A DNA stretch of 63,718 bases, counting the filler, from Bipalium vagum (lineage: Eukaryota), in NCBI GenBank assembly GCA_037834085.1. It is 3 parts of 3 records of this genome, joined end to end, with 100 filler letters (N's around TTAATTAATTAA, not from the genome) between each part and the next. Parts side by side here need not be neighbours in the genome. Positions count along the whole stretch, not along the records: positions 31,738 to 47,691 come from JBBMKC010136315.1; positions 47,792 to 63,718 come from JBBMKC010137502.1; 1 more part is not named here. One strand, given 5' to 3'. Of the stretch, positions 39,100-53,000 are shown piece by piece. A model generated the notes under the pieces. That model was not told the origin of the DNA, ran no database searches, and saw nothing but the letters and a program-made list of their open reading frames with translations. A program made the position numbers and the translations under genes. How positions within the stretch are numbered: the stretch's first letter is position 1; each line of letters opens with the position of its first letter.

Positions 39100-39990
39100 T
39101 TAGATTGGTAGGAATGATTCAGCCGATTTACGTACGTAAATTTACCTAATTTTACGGACGTAAATCACTTAGTTATTTTATCCTTTAAAAAGTCTTAATA
39201 ATTTGATGAATTAATCAATAAATTCAGGTATGGGCTCTGTTTTTATATCATTAAAAAATTTTATTTCAACTAACAGATGGATTTCAAGAGCATGTCTTCA
39301 CTTGACCTTCAAATTATACATATATAGTTTTATGATATTAGTTCAGGATCATTAATGCTTCGGAGACTATACGAAATACCTGTGCAGTATATCCAAATGC
39401 TGCATTTGAAAGGAAAGATCACAAATTCTTTGTTTTCTTCAGAGAAAATAATTTCAATCTTGAGGATTTATAAAAGTTTGATTATCCTTAAGAACTGAAC
39501 ATCAATGCTCTGAGTTAATGAAACGGCTGTGATCTGAATATGACATCTCGTGAGTTGCGGCAAACTCTTGGCAAACATGCCACAATTGCCTTAATCAATT
39601 TGAAGTCTATTGAGAAGCTTTTAGTCCATACTGTTTAAGTTCTGCACAAACTTTCTCAACCATAGTCTTTTGCATAGAATTACCGTCTCGTCTTTGCCAG
39701 GAAGAAATTGTGTCTATTTTTTGATCATGTGGTGATTGCAGATGAGAAATGGTCCCTCTATCTCAATCTGGACAACTGATGTCAATTGATAATCAAAAAC
39801 CAAGTTTTTCTAACTATACTTAAATCAAGTTTATTACTTAACGAAAATAATGCTGTATATCTGATGAGACATATATGGAGTAATATACCATAAACTATTA
39901 AATATTTGCTGAACAGTTACAGGCGAAATATATTTATCATTAAATCATATAAGACAAGCGTTAATAAGAAATGACCAGCGTGCTTTCTTG
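39100..39990 (+). mobile_element. mariner remnant
   Basis: ttagattggt TIR-like start. Fragments FRENNFNLED, TSRELRQTL, DHVVIADEKWSLY, KIMLYI...GVIY. Confidence 0.65.
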
Positions 39991-42049
39991 ACGCAGAATT
40001 TTTAGTAGATTATTATCGAGAATGTAAAAATTATTTTTAATCTAGAAGAATTAAACTTCAGCAGAATATAATTGAAAACACTTAAGTGAAGCTCATTACA
40101 ATAACGAATGAATAGTGTGAGAACTCATATTTACCCCGCGTTTCAACATAGACCTTAACTGGTTACCAGATGCACTCTGACTTTACCATAGTACGACGGT
40201 TTGGATAGTGAATCAACTCTCCTCAATACAAGTGTAGACTGATGAAGGCTGAGCCTTAGAAACACAAGGACTAGAGCAACTATCAGCTTAGAAGCTTTAA
40301 CTGCGAACTCTACTAGTTCAACCAGCTATTTCTATTCGTCTATAGGAAAGACGTGGTTTGTATTTTTACAATTTAATATCACCACATCAATGATTGTCTA
40401 ATATTGGAAAAATGTATATTAATTTTATGTAAAGGATTAAAAATTTTGTGAATTTAAATCAAATAAAATGCAATAAGTTAAAATTCATTCTGGTAACATA
40501 TTTAAAGTTATTACAAAAAATACAAAATAGAGCAATTAATGAAAAAAAACTTTATAGACTTCTAAAAACATGTTAAAAATAATTTTAATTTAAATGTTCA
40601 GTTTTTAGTTTTTTAATTTATAGCTTAAAAATTAAATTTTTATGAATTTTCTACTTATTAATTAATATTTATTTAGGAATTTAACAGAAATGAAGTTTTA
40701 GCCAATGTTTTTGATTTAATAAGAAATAAAGTTGTTTTACTAATATATTGGCACAGTTTAATTCAGATAACATACCTCTGTTAAAGCAATTGATAATTTT
40801 CAAATTTCGTTACTGAAAACTAATTTGCCTATTTCAAGAAATGTTTTTTGCTTTACACAAATAAAATTGTTTATTTGATTCAGGATATATTTGAGATTAA
40901 ATGAAAATTACCATAGATAGTACAAAATCAGTTATTTGATTACTATTTGATTACATATTTTAATTTTAGACATCGAAAAAGCCTTGAAATAAAGAAATGG
41001 TTCTTAAGTTACATTTGAAGATATGGGTGGTTGATGAATGATTTATATCATTGATATATACTAATCGTCAGAATTTAAATAATAAAATATCTGATTGATC
41101 CGGTTAAATAGGAAGTGATATATAAATGAAAGATGATTTGGTTTAAAAGAAAATATTTTATTTTTTAATATTTCATAGAATAAAATTTTACCTTTTTTCA
41201 ATTATGAGTTTTTTTGAATAACGATGAATTTTATATTTTGGGATTATGCGTTATCTTATTGATTAAGTTTTGCTGCTTAAAAATTTTTTTGTATGTTTGG
41301 ATAGATTGTCTTCATGACATTCATTGTTCTAAAAAATAATTAAAATGCGAAATGTTTTTTAATTGGGTTTTTCAAGTTTATTCCTTAACTTTAATATTTT
41401 ATGCAATGAAGTATTTTCAATATGTACGGGTAGCCAAAATATTATTTAGTCCGCTATGTTTATGTTATAAATGTTAAAAATAAATTTTTTTTGATTAAAA
41501 TGTATTAAGTTTCGATAGTTTATTTAGGTTCTATTTTAATGTATATTAATATATCACTTTAGAATAAGCTTTTCTCAATTCAAAAGGAAGTTTGTTGGAT
41601 GCAGATAGCAGAATGAATGAGATGTCGATAGACAAATTGGCTATGGCCGTCCTTCCAAAACTACAGCCATGCAAAAATTATTTTTGATTAAGTATAAAAC
41701 AAAATCGTTTTAAGTCGGTGCCCTGAAAAGAATGCGAAATAAAATTTCTCATTACGTACTACAAGAAAGACTTTACTACACCACAGGTCACATTTAAAAT
41801 AGCAGTAACAAAGAAAGCCACAAAGTTTTAGTATCGCCAGTAATAACTTTCAAGTTTCACTGTTAAAATTCAATTTTTTTTATTTGAATTCAGGTTTTTA
41901 TTATTTCAAATTCATTTTTATGTTATAAATTCAATACTTTTAAATTAATAAAACAAAACTTGTAAATAATGAATAAAAAATTCTAAACTACTTATTCATA
42001 ATTTAATTGTAATTCAAGTATTAATGAGATATTGCATTTGTTTCTTGTG

Positions 42050-43022
42050 TGAAAGTAGTTTAGTATTTGGATTAAGCTGTCTAACGCGAAGTCTTAATTT
42101 ATCTTCTAAATTGGTATATGTAATTTGCGTTTTAAATTATTTTTAATTTTTGTCATCAAAGAAAATATTGACTCACAATTGTGTATACAAGAAAGTATAC
42201 GTCGCAGACATGGGTATTTGACATCATTTTTCCAGATTTCTATAGGATCCTTTATAGCGTCAAAATGGATTTGACGATACTGTCTTCACTTAACCCAAAC
42301 AACTCCACCTGTAGTTCTTTAGGTACCTCAGATGTACTAAATGTAGTTCAAATTCCATCTTCATAGAAGTAATATGCTCGTCGAAATCTGAAAATCTTTC
42401 ATTGTATTCTTTTAAAATATATATGACATATATTCAAAATTTTTATTTTTTGATGTTTGTTCATTTATTATTTTTGTTAGTTCCGGAAAGTGTTCAGTCG
42501 AAATATTTGAACGAGTCAGTAATGCTTTTAAAATATTAATTTTTTTCGAAACGCTTGAATCTTCTGCTACATATCATAAATATATACTTCGTTTTTCCTT
42601 GAAGGAAAATATTAAAATCTTTGTTTTTGTCATGTCAGTCAAAAAAGCAATATGTCTGCAAAATATTTCATCCAAAAATGACATGGCTTTCCTTGTTATT
42701 GAAAAAAAATTAAAATTTGTCTCCGAAAATTAAAAAATTTATGAAAACCTATCCGATTTGAAACCGAGAACGAAGTCAAAGAAACATTAAAAAACAAACA
42801 AAAAATTATGGACAATAGAGTTAATAAAGAAAGAGAAATTAATTATAATGAAAAATATTAATAATAAAAAGATGATAGTGTTTATACATTTTACCTTATT
42901 TTAATATTATGGGATATTTTTATGTATTTAAATATCAAGATGATTAAAAACTAGAATGATTGTCGATATAAAAATTCCAAAAGGCCACATGTGGTCTTAA
43001 GGTCATATGTTCCCCAACTCTG
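42050..43022 (-). mobile_element. hAT (Charlie/Buster/SPIN-like) transposon remnant
   Basis: End cagagttggggaacatatgacc..ccacatgtggcc resembles Charlie/SPIN termini. Minus-strand fragments IAFLTDMT..FLQGK, VPKELQVELF and TNLEDKLRL. Confidence 0.7.
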
Positions 43023-44083
43023 GTATAAGATATTAACACTTTAATCAGAGTCGCAACAGATATCTTATTTTATCAATTAAAATTATTTGAGATCAATTGC
43101 ACTTTATAAATCTTGATTTATATTAAATGTTTTTAAGACATTTAGTTATTGATTCTGAGTAGAAAATTCCTAAAATGTGTAATTCAATAAATTTTATAGA
43201 ATTTATTAATTTTTACTTATTTCGAATATGAATTTTTGATTTGAAATGAGACATTAAAATGTTACATATATTGGACTGATGAAAATGAAATAAGATTTTA
43301 TGATAACATTGAGGTTTCTTAAAAGGATATTGTTATCCAATTACAATCATCAGAGCTAAATGTTATGCCAAAATTCGTATTTTAGCACTTGAATAGAATA
43401 AATAAATTTATCTCCACAATTCCATTAGAATAAATAAACTATCTTTGTCCCGGTTATAATTCACAATTGACCACAAATCACTACTAACCGGCTCGAATTG
43501 TATTTTAAGATATCGTATTTCAAGGCACATAAATAAACATTAAAATTATTTATTTGAAGCGCAATTAATTCACAGATGTATACAATCAAGAATATAAAAT
43601 ACAGACGGAAAAAGAATAATAATAATATTAATAACCATCATTTAATATTAATAAAAATAATTAACAGAAAATGTCTGGCCCACATCTATTTCGAACGATA
43701 AATAAATGTTAAAAAATTGTGCTGACTTTGACTTTGACCAATAAAAATCATTTCAAATGTGCTTCCAGAAATCTCATCGACATAAGCGAACTTTATTCCC
43801 ATTAAAATAATCAATACAAGATTTGAAATCAGTAAAAACATGAGGCAATCGGAAAGAAAATCATTATAATACCCAGTGCACTTTTGAGGGGGAAAGTAAT
43901 TTCAATGTCGAAGATAATCAATAAAATCAATATTAAGAAAATAGAATAACTAACAAGATGAATTTGTAGAAAATAATGTTTTAAATAATCAATCGGAAAG
44001 AAATTACAATTTATAAAGAAAATGATCATTCGAATCTTACATAAAAATCGATTTTTTAAAATATAAAAGTTAGCTCGTTTTGT

Positions 44084-47000
44084 TTAATATTCTTTTTCAA
44101 GAGTTTTAGTAAAAGTCTCTTCGGGTAACACATCCATCGGTTGATAATTTCCCGTCAATTTGTCTCTAAATTGAATAAATTCTGAACTGCTGGAATCCAT
44201 GTTCAAGTTATTTAGGACTTCGTCTGCCATTTTCAAACTATCCCTCCGTTGTGCTTCCTCATCTGAAAAATAATCGCAAAATATAAATTTAAAGTCAATA
44301 TTTCAAATGAACAGGAAAATGAAGAATTTTACACACTTGATACCAGAAACCGCTTTTCAATAATATTACAGTAAAATTCAATTCATTATTATTATTATTA
44401 TATTTTAATATTTATTGTCATTGTCATTTTTATTATTATTATCATTATTAAAAATTTAGTGTATTAGGTTCACTTTTAACTACCATAAACTAAGAAATGT
44501 TGAAAATAATTTTTAGTCTGTGATGAGCATTTAATACATTCTTTTGAGATTTCTTAAAGAAAATTTATAAATGAATCTTCTTAATCATTCATAACATATA
44601 ATTTTTCTATTTTCATAGTGCCTAATTTCATCACTAAATAAAAATGTACTAAACGATACTTATACAAAGACAGATCAAACTTAAATTAGCTATTTATGAA
44701 TATCATCATATGATATTTACGATAGATATTCGTGCTACCTGTCAGATGATATTTCGATAATTAATATAAAGATCTGTTTTTATTGTTCAATAAAGAAGAA
44801 ATAGAGGTTTAGTGATTCAAGTAATTTGTATTTGCAACTCATTATATTATAATATATAGTTATATTCATTAATATATTTAACTAAATTATAAATTTTATA
44901 TCTCTAATTTTGATAAAGCTTTTGGTTTTGTCATAACAATTGTAACATCTTGTGGTAAAAAATGTTTATCATCGAAAGTATGAAATTGTAATATTCAATT
45001 TTATTAATATATAAATATAAAAAAAAATTAATATATAAATATATATATTTTATTAATATATGTGGTTATTGAATGATTCAATTATTTGTTTCATTGAAAT
45101 ATGGTTATTCGCCGGTAAATTGTGATGTTTATCGTTTTGTTCCGGCTAACAGAGATAGAAATGTTTCTTTAGTTTCCGCAATCACAACTAACGGATTGTT
45201 GTATTACAAATTTCAATTCGGATCTTATGAAGGTATCAACTTTTCTAAATTTGTTACAGAAAACAAAGAAAAGTTATTACATATGACAGAAATTTTGTAT
45301 TAATAATGGACAATTAGGTGTAATCTTATTATTTATGAATTTTATGCATTTCGATTCAACGAAAAGAATACTTTGTAAAAGATTAATTGCGGATATAATC
45401 TATTATAAAAATTTAATTATTTCTTACGGTATGACAATAAATTATCTCCGCACCATTAATAATGTTAATATTTAAAATTGTATAAATATATTAAGAGTTT
45501 GAAAACTGTTTTAAGATGTTCCAAAATATAAATAACTATTATGTAAATGTCGGTTGATCTAAATCAGATACTGCAAAAAATATTGACATTAGTTTGAACA
45601 GATCAGCTATTAATTGACAAGAAACTATTCTCGCAAAAACATTAAATTTCAAATCTTTAAATAATAATTGGCAAGAAAAGTATTGAATTGAAAATTTTGA
45701 TTAGGTAATTATTCAATATTTACAGAAATATAGAAAACATATCTTTAAACAGATAGAAATTGTGTAAAAAATCCAGGTAGAACGAAAAAAAGAAGGTAAT
45801 AATTGGAGTCTAAAAAGTCGAGGAACTCATTCAAATGGATTTGTAAAAAAATCAGAAGGAATAAGAAGAGTTCAGTCAGATATTATTTCAATAATGTCAG
45901 ATTGAAAAAAGAGAAGTGTGACTGAAAGTTTTCTGACGACACAGCGCTTAATTATTCAAAAGTAACAACAAAAGACCTGCTTTGAACAGATAGAATCGAG
46001 TTGAGTCTAAATGTATCAAAAGAGATCATAAGAAGGATTTTAAAGAAATCTATGGTTATATAATGTCAGAAAATGGATATAAAGCTCAACACAAAGAATA
46101 GAGATGTCATTGTGTTAGGCCTTCAATAAGATAGTTTGGAACATTGACTGGAAAAATATCTCATGGAATGAAAAAAGAAGCTTAACAATGTTAATAATAT
46201 TAGCATCACCAGAGATAGAAAGAGTTACTTCATTCAAGAAGACACACAAGAGAGGGTCTTTAATGATTTGTAAGTGTTTTAACTTTATTGGAAAGTCATC
46301 TCTTGTATTGTTTCTCAAAAACAAAACCAATTTGGAGTTCCAGAAATATTTAATTAATATTCTCATTTTTAGCCTAATCAATACCACAGTAATGACATAA
46401 AATTTCACGAACATAACTGCTGATGTCAGCTTTTTTGCTCACTTTGGAATGGATCAAAGACAAAATCGAAATTATGCAATAGCCTTAATAATCTCCCTAC
46501 ATTACTCCATAAAGATTTTATGGAGTCTACTTGCTTGAATTTAAGAGCGTAAATAAATATTGGTTGTTTATTTGGTTCATTTTTTCCACACTTTCTTTAG
46601 GTAAATTCTAGGTAGCATGACTTTTAAGTGATACAGTATGTATTGATAAACTCTGTACTTGATTACTGAAAACATAGTTAAATTGATACAAATAGCAGAT
46701 ATTGTTATATTTGTAGGTACGGGAATAAATTATGGTCGTACTTTATTATTAAGTTCATATTTAAAGTAATTTTTTAGATTTCGATATAATAATTAAAAAT
46801 GGTGATATTGGGCAATTGTTTTATTACTAAATTAATAAAATTATTTATCTTAAACAAGAAATATTGCTGTCGAAATTGATCATTTACATATTAAAATCAG
46901 TAACTCTCATAGTTTTTACAACAAATCTAAAATACTTAACAATTGAAAAGAAACTGCTTCAAACTATAAAATATAAAAATATCTATAAATGTGCAGAATA

Positions 47001-47511
47001 ACATTTTAACTGAATTAATCAATATAATTTTTATGATAAATATTGATCTTCAATATTTAAATATCTAAAAATTCTGCAAACACATGACTTTTTTTTAATG
47101 ATTGTAATGTTTTTGGTTTATATTACGATAATTTTTGAAAGTCTTACCAGATAATACAATATCGGGCAGACAAGAAAAATCAGTATTAAGATCAAGCGTG
47201 ACGTTCTGAGGATCAAGATTCTCACAAGGTTTGATCTTCGGGGATGACTCCTTTGAAAAGCTATACGGACTTGATTCAGCCTGTTGAGTCCAATAACATT
47301 GGTCATCATGTTCTGGAGAAAATGAGGTTTTGATCGTCTGATTATCATTCTACACATTAGATTAAAAAATATAATAAATATTAATTATCACATTTTCATT
47401 TTCAAATGTTATCTGAGCGCAACCTTCCGTAGATCTAATCATGTCATAAAAATGACGTTGATCAGTGTTTTCAGATAAATCTTGATTATTATTACTACTG
47501 ATACACGATGC
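44084..47511 (-). CDS. 3' part (three exons) of an unidentified gene, possibly CRTC/TORC-like
   Basis: Phase-consistent GT-AG exons 47392-47511, 47148-47349 and 44084-44262 (TAA) give ...FSCLPDIVLSDEEAQRRDSLKMADEVL...DVLPEETFTKTLEKEY*. The 5' part is not found and there is an assembly gap just upstream. Confidence 0.65.
45073..45320 (+). mobile_element. IS630/Tc1-like transposase fragment
   Basis: PANRDRNVSLVSAITTNGLLYYKFQFGSYEGINFSKFV resembles the DDE-domain segment R..N.S...AI...G....GS....F..F. Confidence 0.5.
45760..46560 (+). mobile_element. Tc1-like remnant
   Basis: Decayed SGR.KK, HTH region, and *P**SPYITP..LW corresponding to WP..SPDLNPIE.LW. Confidence 0.45.
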
Positions 47512-47691
47512 CTGGAACAAAGAATATGAAACCTTTTTTTAAAATAAGACAAGATTATGAGTTAATTTTTATTAATAATGCTTTTTGTGAATCGAAGGCT
47601 AAGAAAGAAATGTTAAATATAGTCCTTTTCAAATTTATTGAACAGTTTACATTTTTGTTTTTTATTTGTAGAACTACCCAAATAAGGATAA

Positions 47692-47791
47692 NNNNNNNNN
47701 NNNNNNNNNNNNNNNNNNNNNNNNNNNNNNNNNNNTTAATTAATTAANNNNNNNNNNNNNNNNNNNNNNNNNNNNNNNNNNNNNNNNNNNN
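47692..47791. other. Assembly gap with artificial TTAATTAATTAA linker
   Basis: Same 100-nt N-linker-N block as 31638-31737. Confidence 0.97.
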
Positions 47792-48819
47792 ATTGTATTT
47801 TGAATATTAATTATACTTGTATTTGTTGTTTTGACTTATTTTAATTTTTTCAAAATAGTGTCTAAAGATTTATGGGACACCCTAATACCTTTGAAGGAGT
47901 TGATGAGCCAATATCTAATCCATATTTATACAGTACATTTTATATTTTCGAGATTAATTCTCGCATTAGACGGCGAACCAAACACTTACAATAATAATGA
48001 TAATGATAATAATAATAATAAAATAATAATTAATTAAAAATTGCAAACTTAATTTTAAAAAAACGAAAAAGCAATTTATTATTTTCTGAAAACGATCTAT
48101 TATAATCTATAATCTTGACACTGGCGAAGCTAAATTGCCAAGATTCGATCAGGGTCCTCAAGAATGGACAGATTTAGTAATTTATTATCTAAAAAGGAAT
48201 TGACATTCTCCATTAATCAAACTGATCTACGACTGATTAGTCGTCTGACCAGATTAGTATTTAAGTAGTTGGAATCCGCAGTGAATTGCCAAAAAAAGAG
48301 ATCAAGAAAAATCTGTTGTTTATGATTTTGTCGGAAGATCCAAAATTTGTTGACAGCTTAACTGGCCAACCAGAGACTCTAAAATGAACAGTAAAATAGA
48401 ATACTGGCCATTGAAAATTTATTATTTTTCGTCCCGAAAAATATCAGTAAAACTTGGTATGTTTTTGATTGATAATTTTATTTTGCTGACCAGGGTTTTC
48501 CCTGGCACAGCGTTTTAATTAGGAAGTGATTGTTGTTTTTGTTGAGACTGCCCTAGCGGTTATTTGATTCAGTGTGACTGCCGATTGTAGCAGTTTGTTT
48601 GTTGTAATTAAAAAGTGTCTTACTCTTTTTTTAATAAAGTTTTAGAGTGTTTGTTTTAGTGTTTTTGTTAGAGGGTGAGATAATGATCTCTTTAGATAGG
48701 CCAAGAGCAACCTCATCGTATGTCAGGTGAGCTAGATAAGAGTTGCACCAGTAATATTATTTTCGGGTTTTGCTTTTATTTAATTAAATCTTCCAGTTTC
48801 TTTTTTTGTTTTGTTTATA

Positions 48820-49190
48820 ATTTTTCCTATAATTAACTTTTTTGTCAATTCTTTAACTACTTCTGCCTATGTCTTGTTTATCAAATTAATATCGTAATAG
48901 GCATTCCATGCCATTTCATACAAATGGATTGGTAATCTTATCAACACTGTGCCTTATCATATTCTAACGCTTCTGCAGGTTGCCTATACTCAGCCATAAA
49001 ATCTGCATATTCCGTTGGTTCTCTAATAATTGTTCAAACAAATAATTTAACTAATTCGTAATACTCTTTATTTGTTTAACCTTTTTGTCAATATTTTCTA
49101 ATGTTTCTTCTTGATTATTTTCCTCCCTTTCCGATTGATTCTCCTTTCATTTTTCTCTTTAATTATATTTTTTTGTCTCCTTCCATAGTT
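48820..49190 (-). mobile_element. LTR retrotransposon gag-like remnant
   Basis: Minus-strand EYADFMAEY..AEALEYDKAQC..RLPIHLYEMAWNAYYDI..T*AEVVKELTKKL resembles the Ty3/Gypsy capsid N-domain. Stops and frameshifts present. Confidence 0.4.
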
Positions 49191-50001
49191 GTTCAATAAT
49201 ACTTATCTAAAAAATATCGATAATATTGAATTTTCTTTGTATTAGAAAGTGGTAAGCAAAACAGAACATTAAAAATACTTTACCTTAAAATCAATAAACG
49301 CAAATTAAAATAAAAATACTGACTAGTTATTTTTTGTTAAACCAAACTTATGAAAAAAATAATACTAAAAATAGATTTGCTTAAAAAATTAAATGATTGC
49401 TCAAATAATAATTAAGTAATAATAATAAATAATAATTTTATCATAAGAATCACGGATCGGCATGCCAAACCATTTCGATGGCAAATCAAAATCTGCTATT
49501 TCATAGACGCAAAAAACGCATACATAACACTAGGAACTGCCCGAGAATTTTCAACACGCTGAGGAAATTTCTCAGTCTGGTCAAATCCCAGTGAAAGAAT
49601 TAAATTGATTAACACGAACTATTGTTTTGTTGATTATATTTTACTGATCGTCTAGAATTCTAATAATATATAAAAATTTACTTGGACTAGACCTTTATTT
49701 TCTTTTTGAACATTATTCTGGATATCTGAAAATTATTGATTTAAAAAACCCACTGATGTGAATCTTTTATTAATCAATGAAGTAGATAATTAAGTTTTAA
49801 TTTTTTGATAAATAACGATATTAAATAATTTTGATGTGCAATGTTCTGAAATTAAAGAAAATGTTGATTGCATACAATTATTTTCTTTGTCTTGTTAATT
49901 AATTATTTGTTTAAACCTATCAACAAAGATTTTTGTTAGTGTGAGTAAACTTTGTTATTAATTTCTCTTTTTTTAAAGTTCTTATTAATTGCTATTAAAA
50001 T

Positions 50002-53000
50002 ATGGTTGTATTCCATTGGCCCGATTACTTAGTTTTTTCGATTCTGCTCATTTTTTATGCTTTTATTGGTCTGATTTTTAAATTAAAATATGATTCTGGA
50101 ACCAAGCAAAGTGCTATGGAGTACTTTCTCGCTAATAGAAAAATGACTTTGATTCCCGTAACGGCTTCAATTTTGGTTAGCTTTTTATCAGCCGATTCAA
50201 TTTTGGGCAATATAGCAGAAGTTTATGTTAATGGTGTTGAATTTACCATAATAGGGCTTGCTTTTATTTTTGCAATACCTTTGGCGGCATTTATATATCT
50301 TCCGATATTTTACAAATTAAATATTGTCAGCATACATGAGGTATATGAAGCGCTTTATTACTTGTACTCAATGTTATTAGTATTTAGAATTAAGGTTTTC
50401 AAGATTGATTAGGGTAATGATATCCATTGTTTTCGTGATTCAGATGGTAAAAATTGTTTCAAAATTAATAATAAATTTTTGTATTTTAGGTATTTTTTAT
50501 TTCCGTTGTTCTGTATGCCCCAGCTTTAGTATTTAGCCAAGGTGAGGTTTGTTTTAATTGTTATTATCTGATGGAAAAGGTAACGTGTTTAGTATCAGGT
50601 TTCAGTATATGGATCAGTATATTAACCACTGGTATTGTATGTACCTTTTACACCACTATAGTAAGACGATTCACCTGTTTTTTGATAAAATGATAATATA
50701 ATAATAAAATTATTATATTAAATAAATAAAAAGTGGAAATAAAACTATCGTCAACAATAATTATTATCAAACGTAAAAAATATAAGAAAAATTAGTAATT
50801 TCCATTTACAAAAATATTTTTATATTTTATTATCTGTACTTATTATGCACAGTATCGATGAATGAAATCAATCATTATTTTTTATATGATTATTAATTTC
50901 TATTTACAAAAATATATTATTTATTTATTTTTTATTTTTATTCAATAATTATGCAAAATATTAACCAATAATGTTTGATAAGGTTAATAAATATTTTCTT
51001 ACTATTTTTAAAATAAAAATAAATTGATATTTGTAAAATTTTATGTTTCAAATTAATAATTATAATTATTTATTAATTTTATCTTTATCTAATGTTAATA
51101 AACATAATTGAATAATATTTTAAAGATTTTCTTTAATGCTTGATATAGTGAGGTGGGAAAGTTTGCGTAGTTCATTAAAATATTAAAATCGAATATATTT
51201 AATTATATGTTAATATTTCGTTGATATTAATATATTAAAATATAAAAATAAGATTTATACAAATAGTGTCGTATTGTGAAGTACGTAACATGTTCCATAC
51301 ATTGGTTTTTAAAATATTTGAAAAAAGCTTGATACTTGGATGTCACATTACTCAACATCAAAAGAGGAATATTTAAATTTTCAATCTGACTCTATCTAAG
51401 CAATATAAGTAAAAAATTCCTCAAACAAGTTATCACGGACGACGAAAATGTCCGAACCAGATCGCTATCCATATCAAAGAAAGCTCCTGGAACGGTAGCA
51501 AAATAGAAATTTATTTCAAACAATTCTAAGTTGTCTGATGGAGCTGGAAAGGAATTTATAATGAACACCAGTCTGAAAATAAAACATTATGACTTAACAA
51601 GATTAAAGCCAGCTATTCAAAAAACTAAACTAAATTTTACAGTACGTCTCTGGCACTGTAGGATTTTAATTTATTTAGATCTCTGCTGAACTTTTTCAAT
51701 GGGGTTAATCTCATTTCTCTTCAGGAATGTAATTTGATAAGTAAAATAATTTGAAAATATATGTTAATAGGACTAATCCTGTAAATAATTAAATTCAATA
51801 AAATTGATTTTTTATTGAAAATCGATTAATATGGAAATCTATTGAAACTTTCAATAGATTGATATAATATAGTTCAGGAATTTCGGAATAATTAATGAGG
51901 GTTTAAGGGAAATAAAATGGTCAACAATAAAATTATATATATTACAATGAAAAAAATTTTCAATAAAATCCTTTTAATGATTTGTTGGACGATAAGGAGA
52001 AGTTCCTTGACTCAATGTTTGTTTCATTAATATTAGCGTATGAAAAAAATGTAAAAATTTTTAATTATATTTTAATTTTTGTTAACAATTGATTTGCAAC
52101 TTCCAATAACTCCAGTTTCTGGTTTGCTATTGAATTCGTATTTGATACATTAACAAAGCGTTGTTATCCATAGGGAGGAATGCGTACAGTAATATGGACG
52201 GATTTAATGCAATTTGTCATTATGTTGATTGGAATCTTGACAGTTGTGATTGTGGGAACAAATAAAATTGGTGGAATCTCCGTAGTTTGGGACATTGCTA
52301 AGAAGACTGATCATTTGAAATTATTTAAGTATTTGTAATTTCAAATAGTCGATCAATTTAACATTCCTTAGTTTCAATGCTAATCCTTTTACTCGTCACT
52401 CATTTTGGTCGCTCTTTATAGGTGGCACAGGTATGTGCTTAAGTATATTTGCTACGAATCAAGCTCAGGTGCAAAGATATCTTTCTTGTCGTTCTGAGCA
52501 GGTTGCCATCAGGTATTAAATTGAATTTTAAAATCATTTTTTCCAAAATCAAAGTAATATTCGATTTAGATTAGATTTCATTAACTTAGATTTCATATAT
52601 CCGCCATTTGATTGTCGGTTTTATTTTGTGTAATGAAAACGATGTGGTTGACACTATTGTTTACTTGGATTTCAATAATAACAATTCATTGTTTTCATAA
52701 TTTCATACGTAATGATAATGGTTAATAAAATTCTGAAATAAAATATTAATAATATACGAGGGTCAGTCGAAAAGTCTCGAAAATGGAGATCTAAAAAGTT
52801 TATTTTTGAAATATATTTACATAACCGTAAATATTTTATTGGAACAGAAAAACAATTACGTTAGATCAAAAACGAACTAAAATTGAAATTATCAATTTAG
52901 TTCAAAAATATGATATACTACAAGGTACAAGGAGGCAGAAGATGAATCTAGTGAAAGAATTTGTTATTAAAATTTCCTATGATTTTCCGATTCCGAAGTC

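Noticed and set aside
48124-48130. Isolated GCGAAGC outside the Polinton blocks
   Set aside because: Single unit with no extended stem or cluster; compatible with chance.
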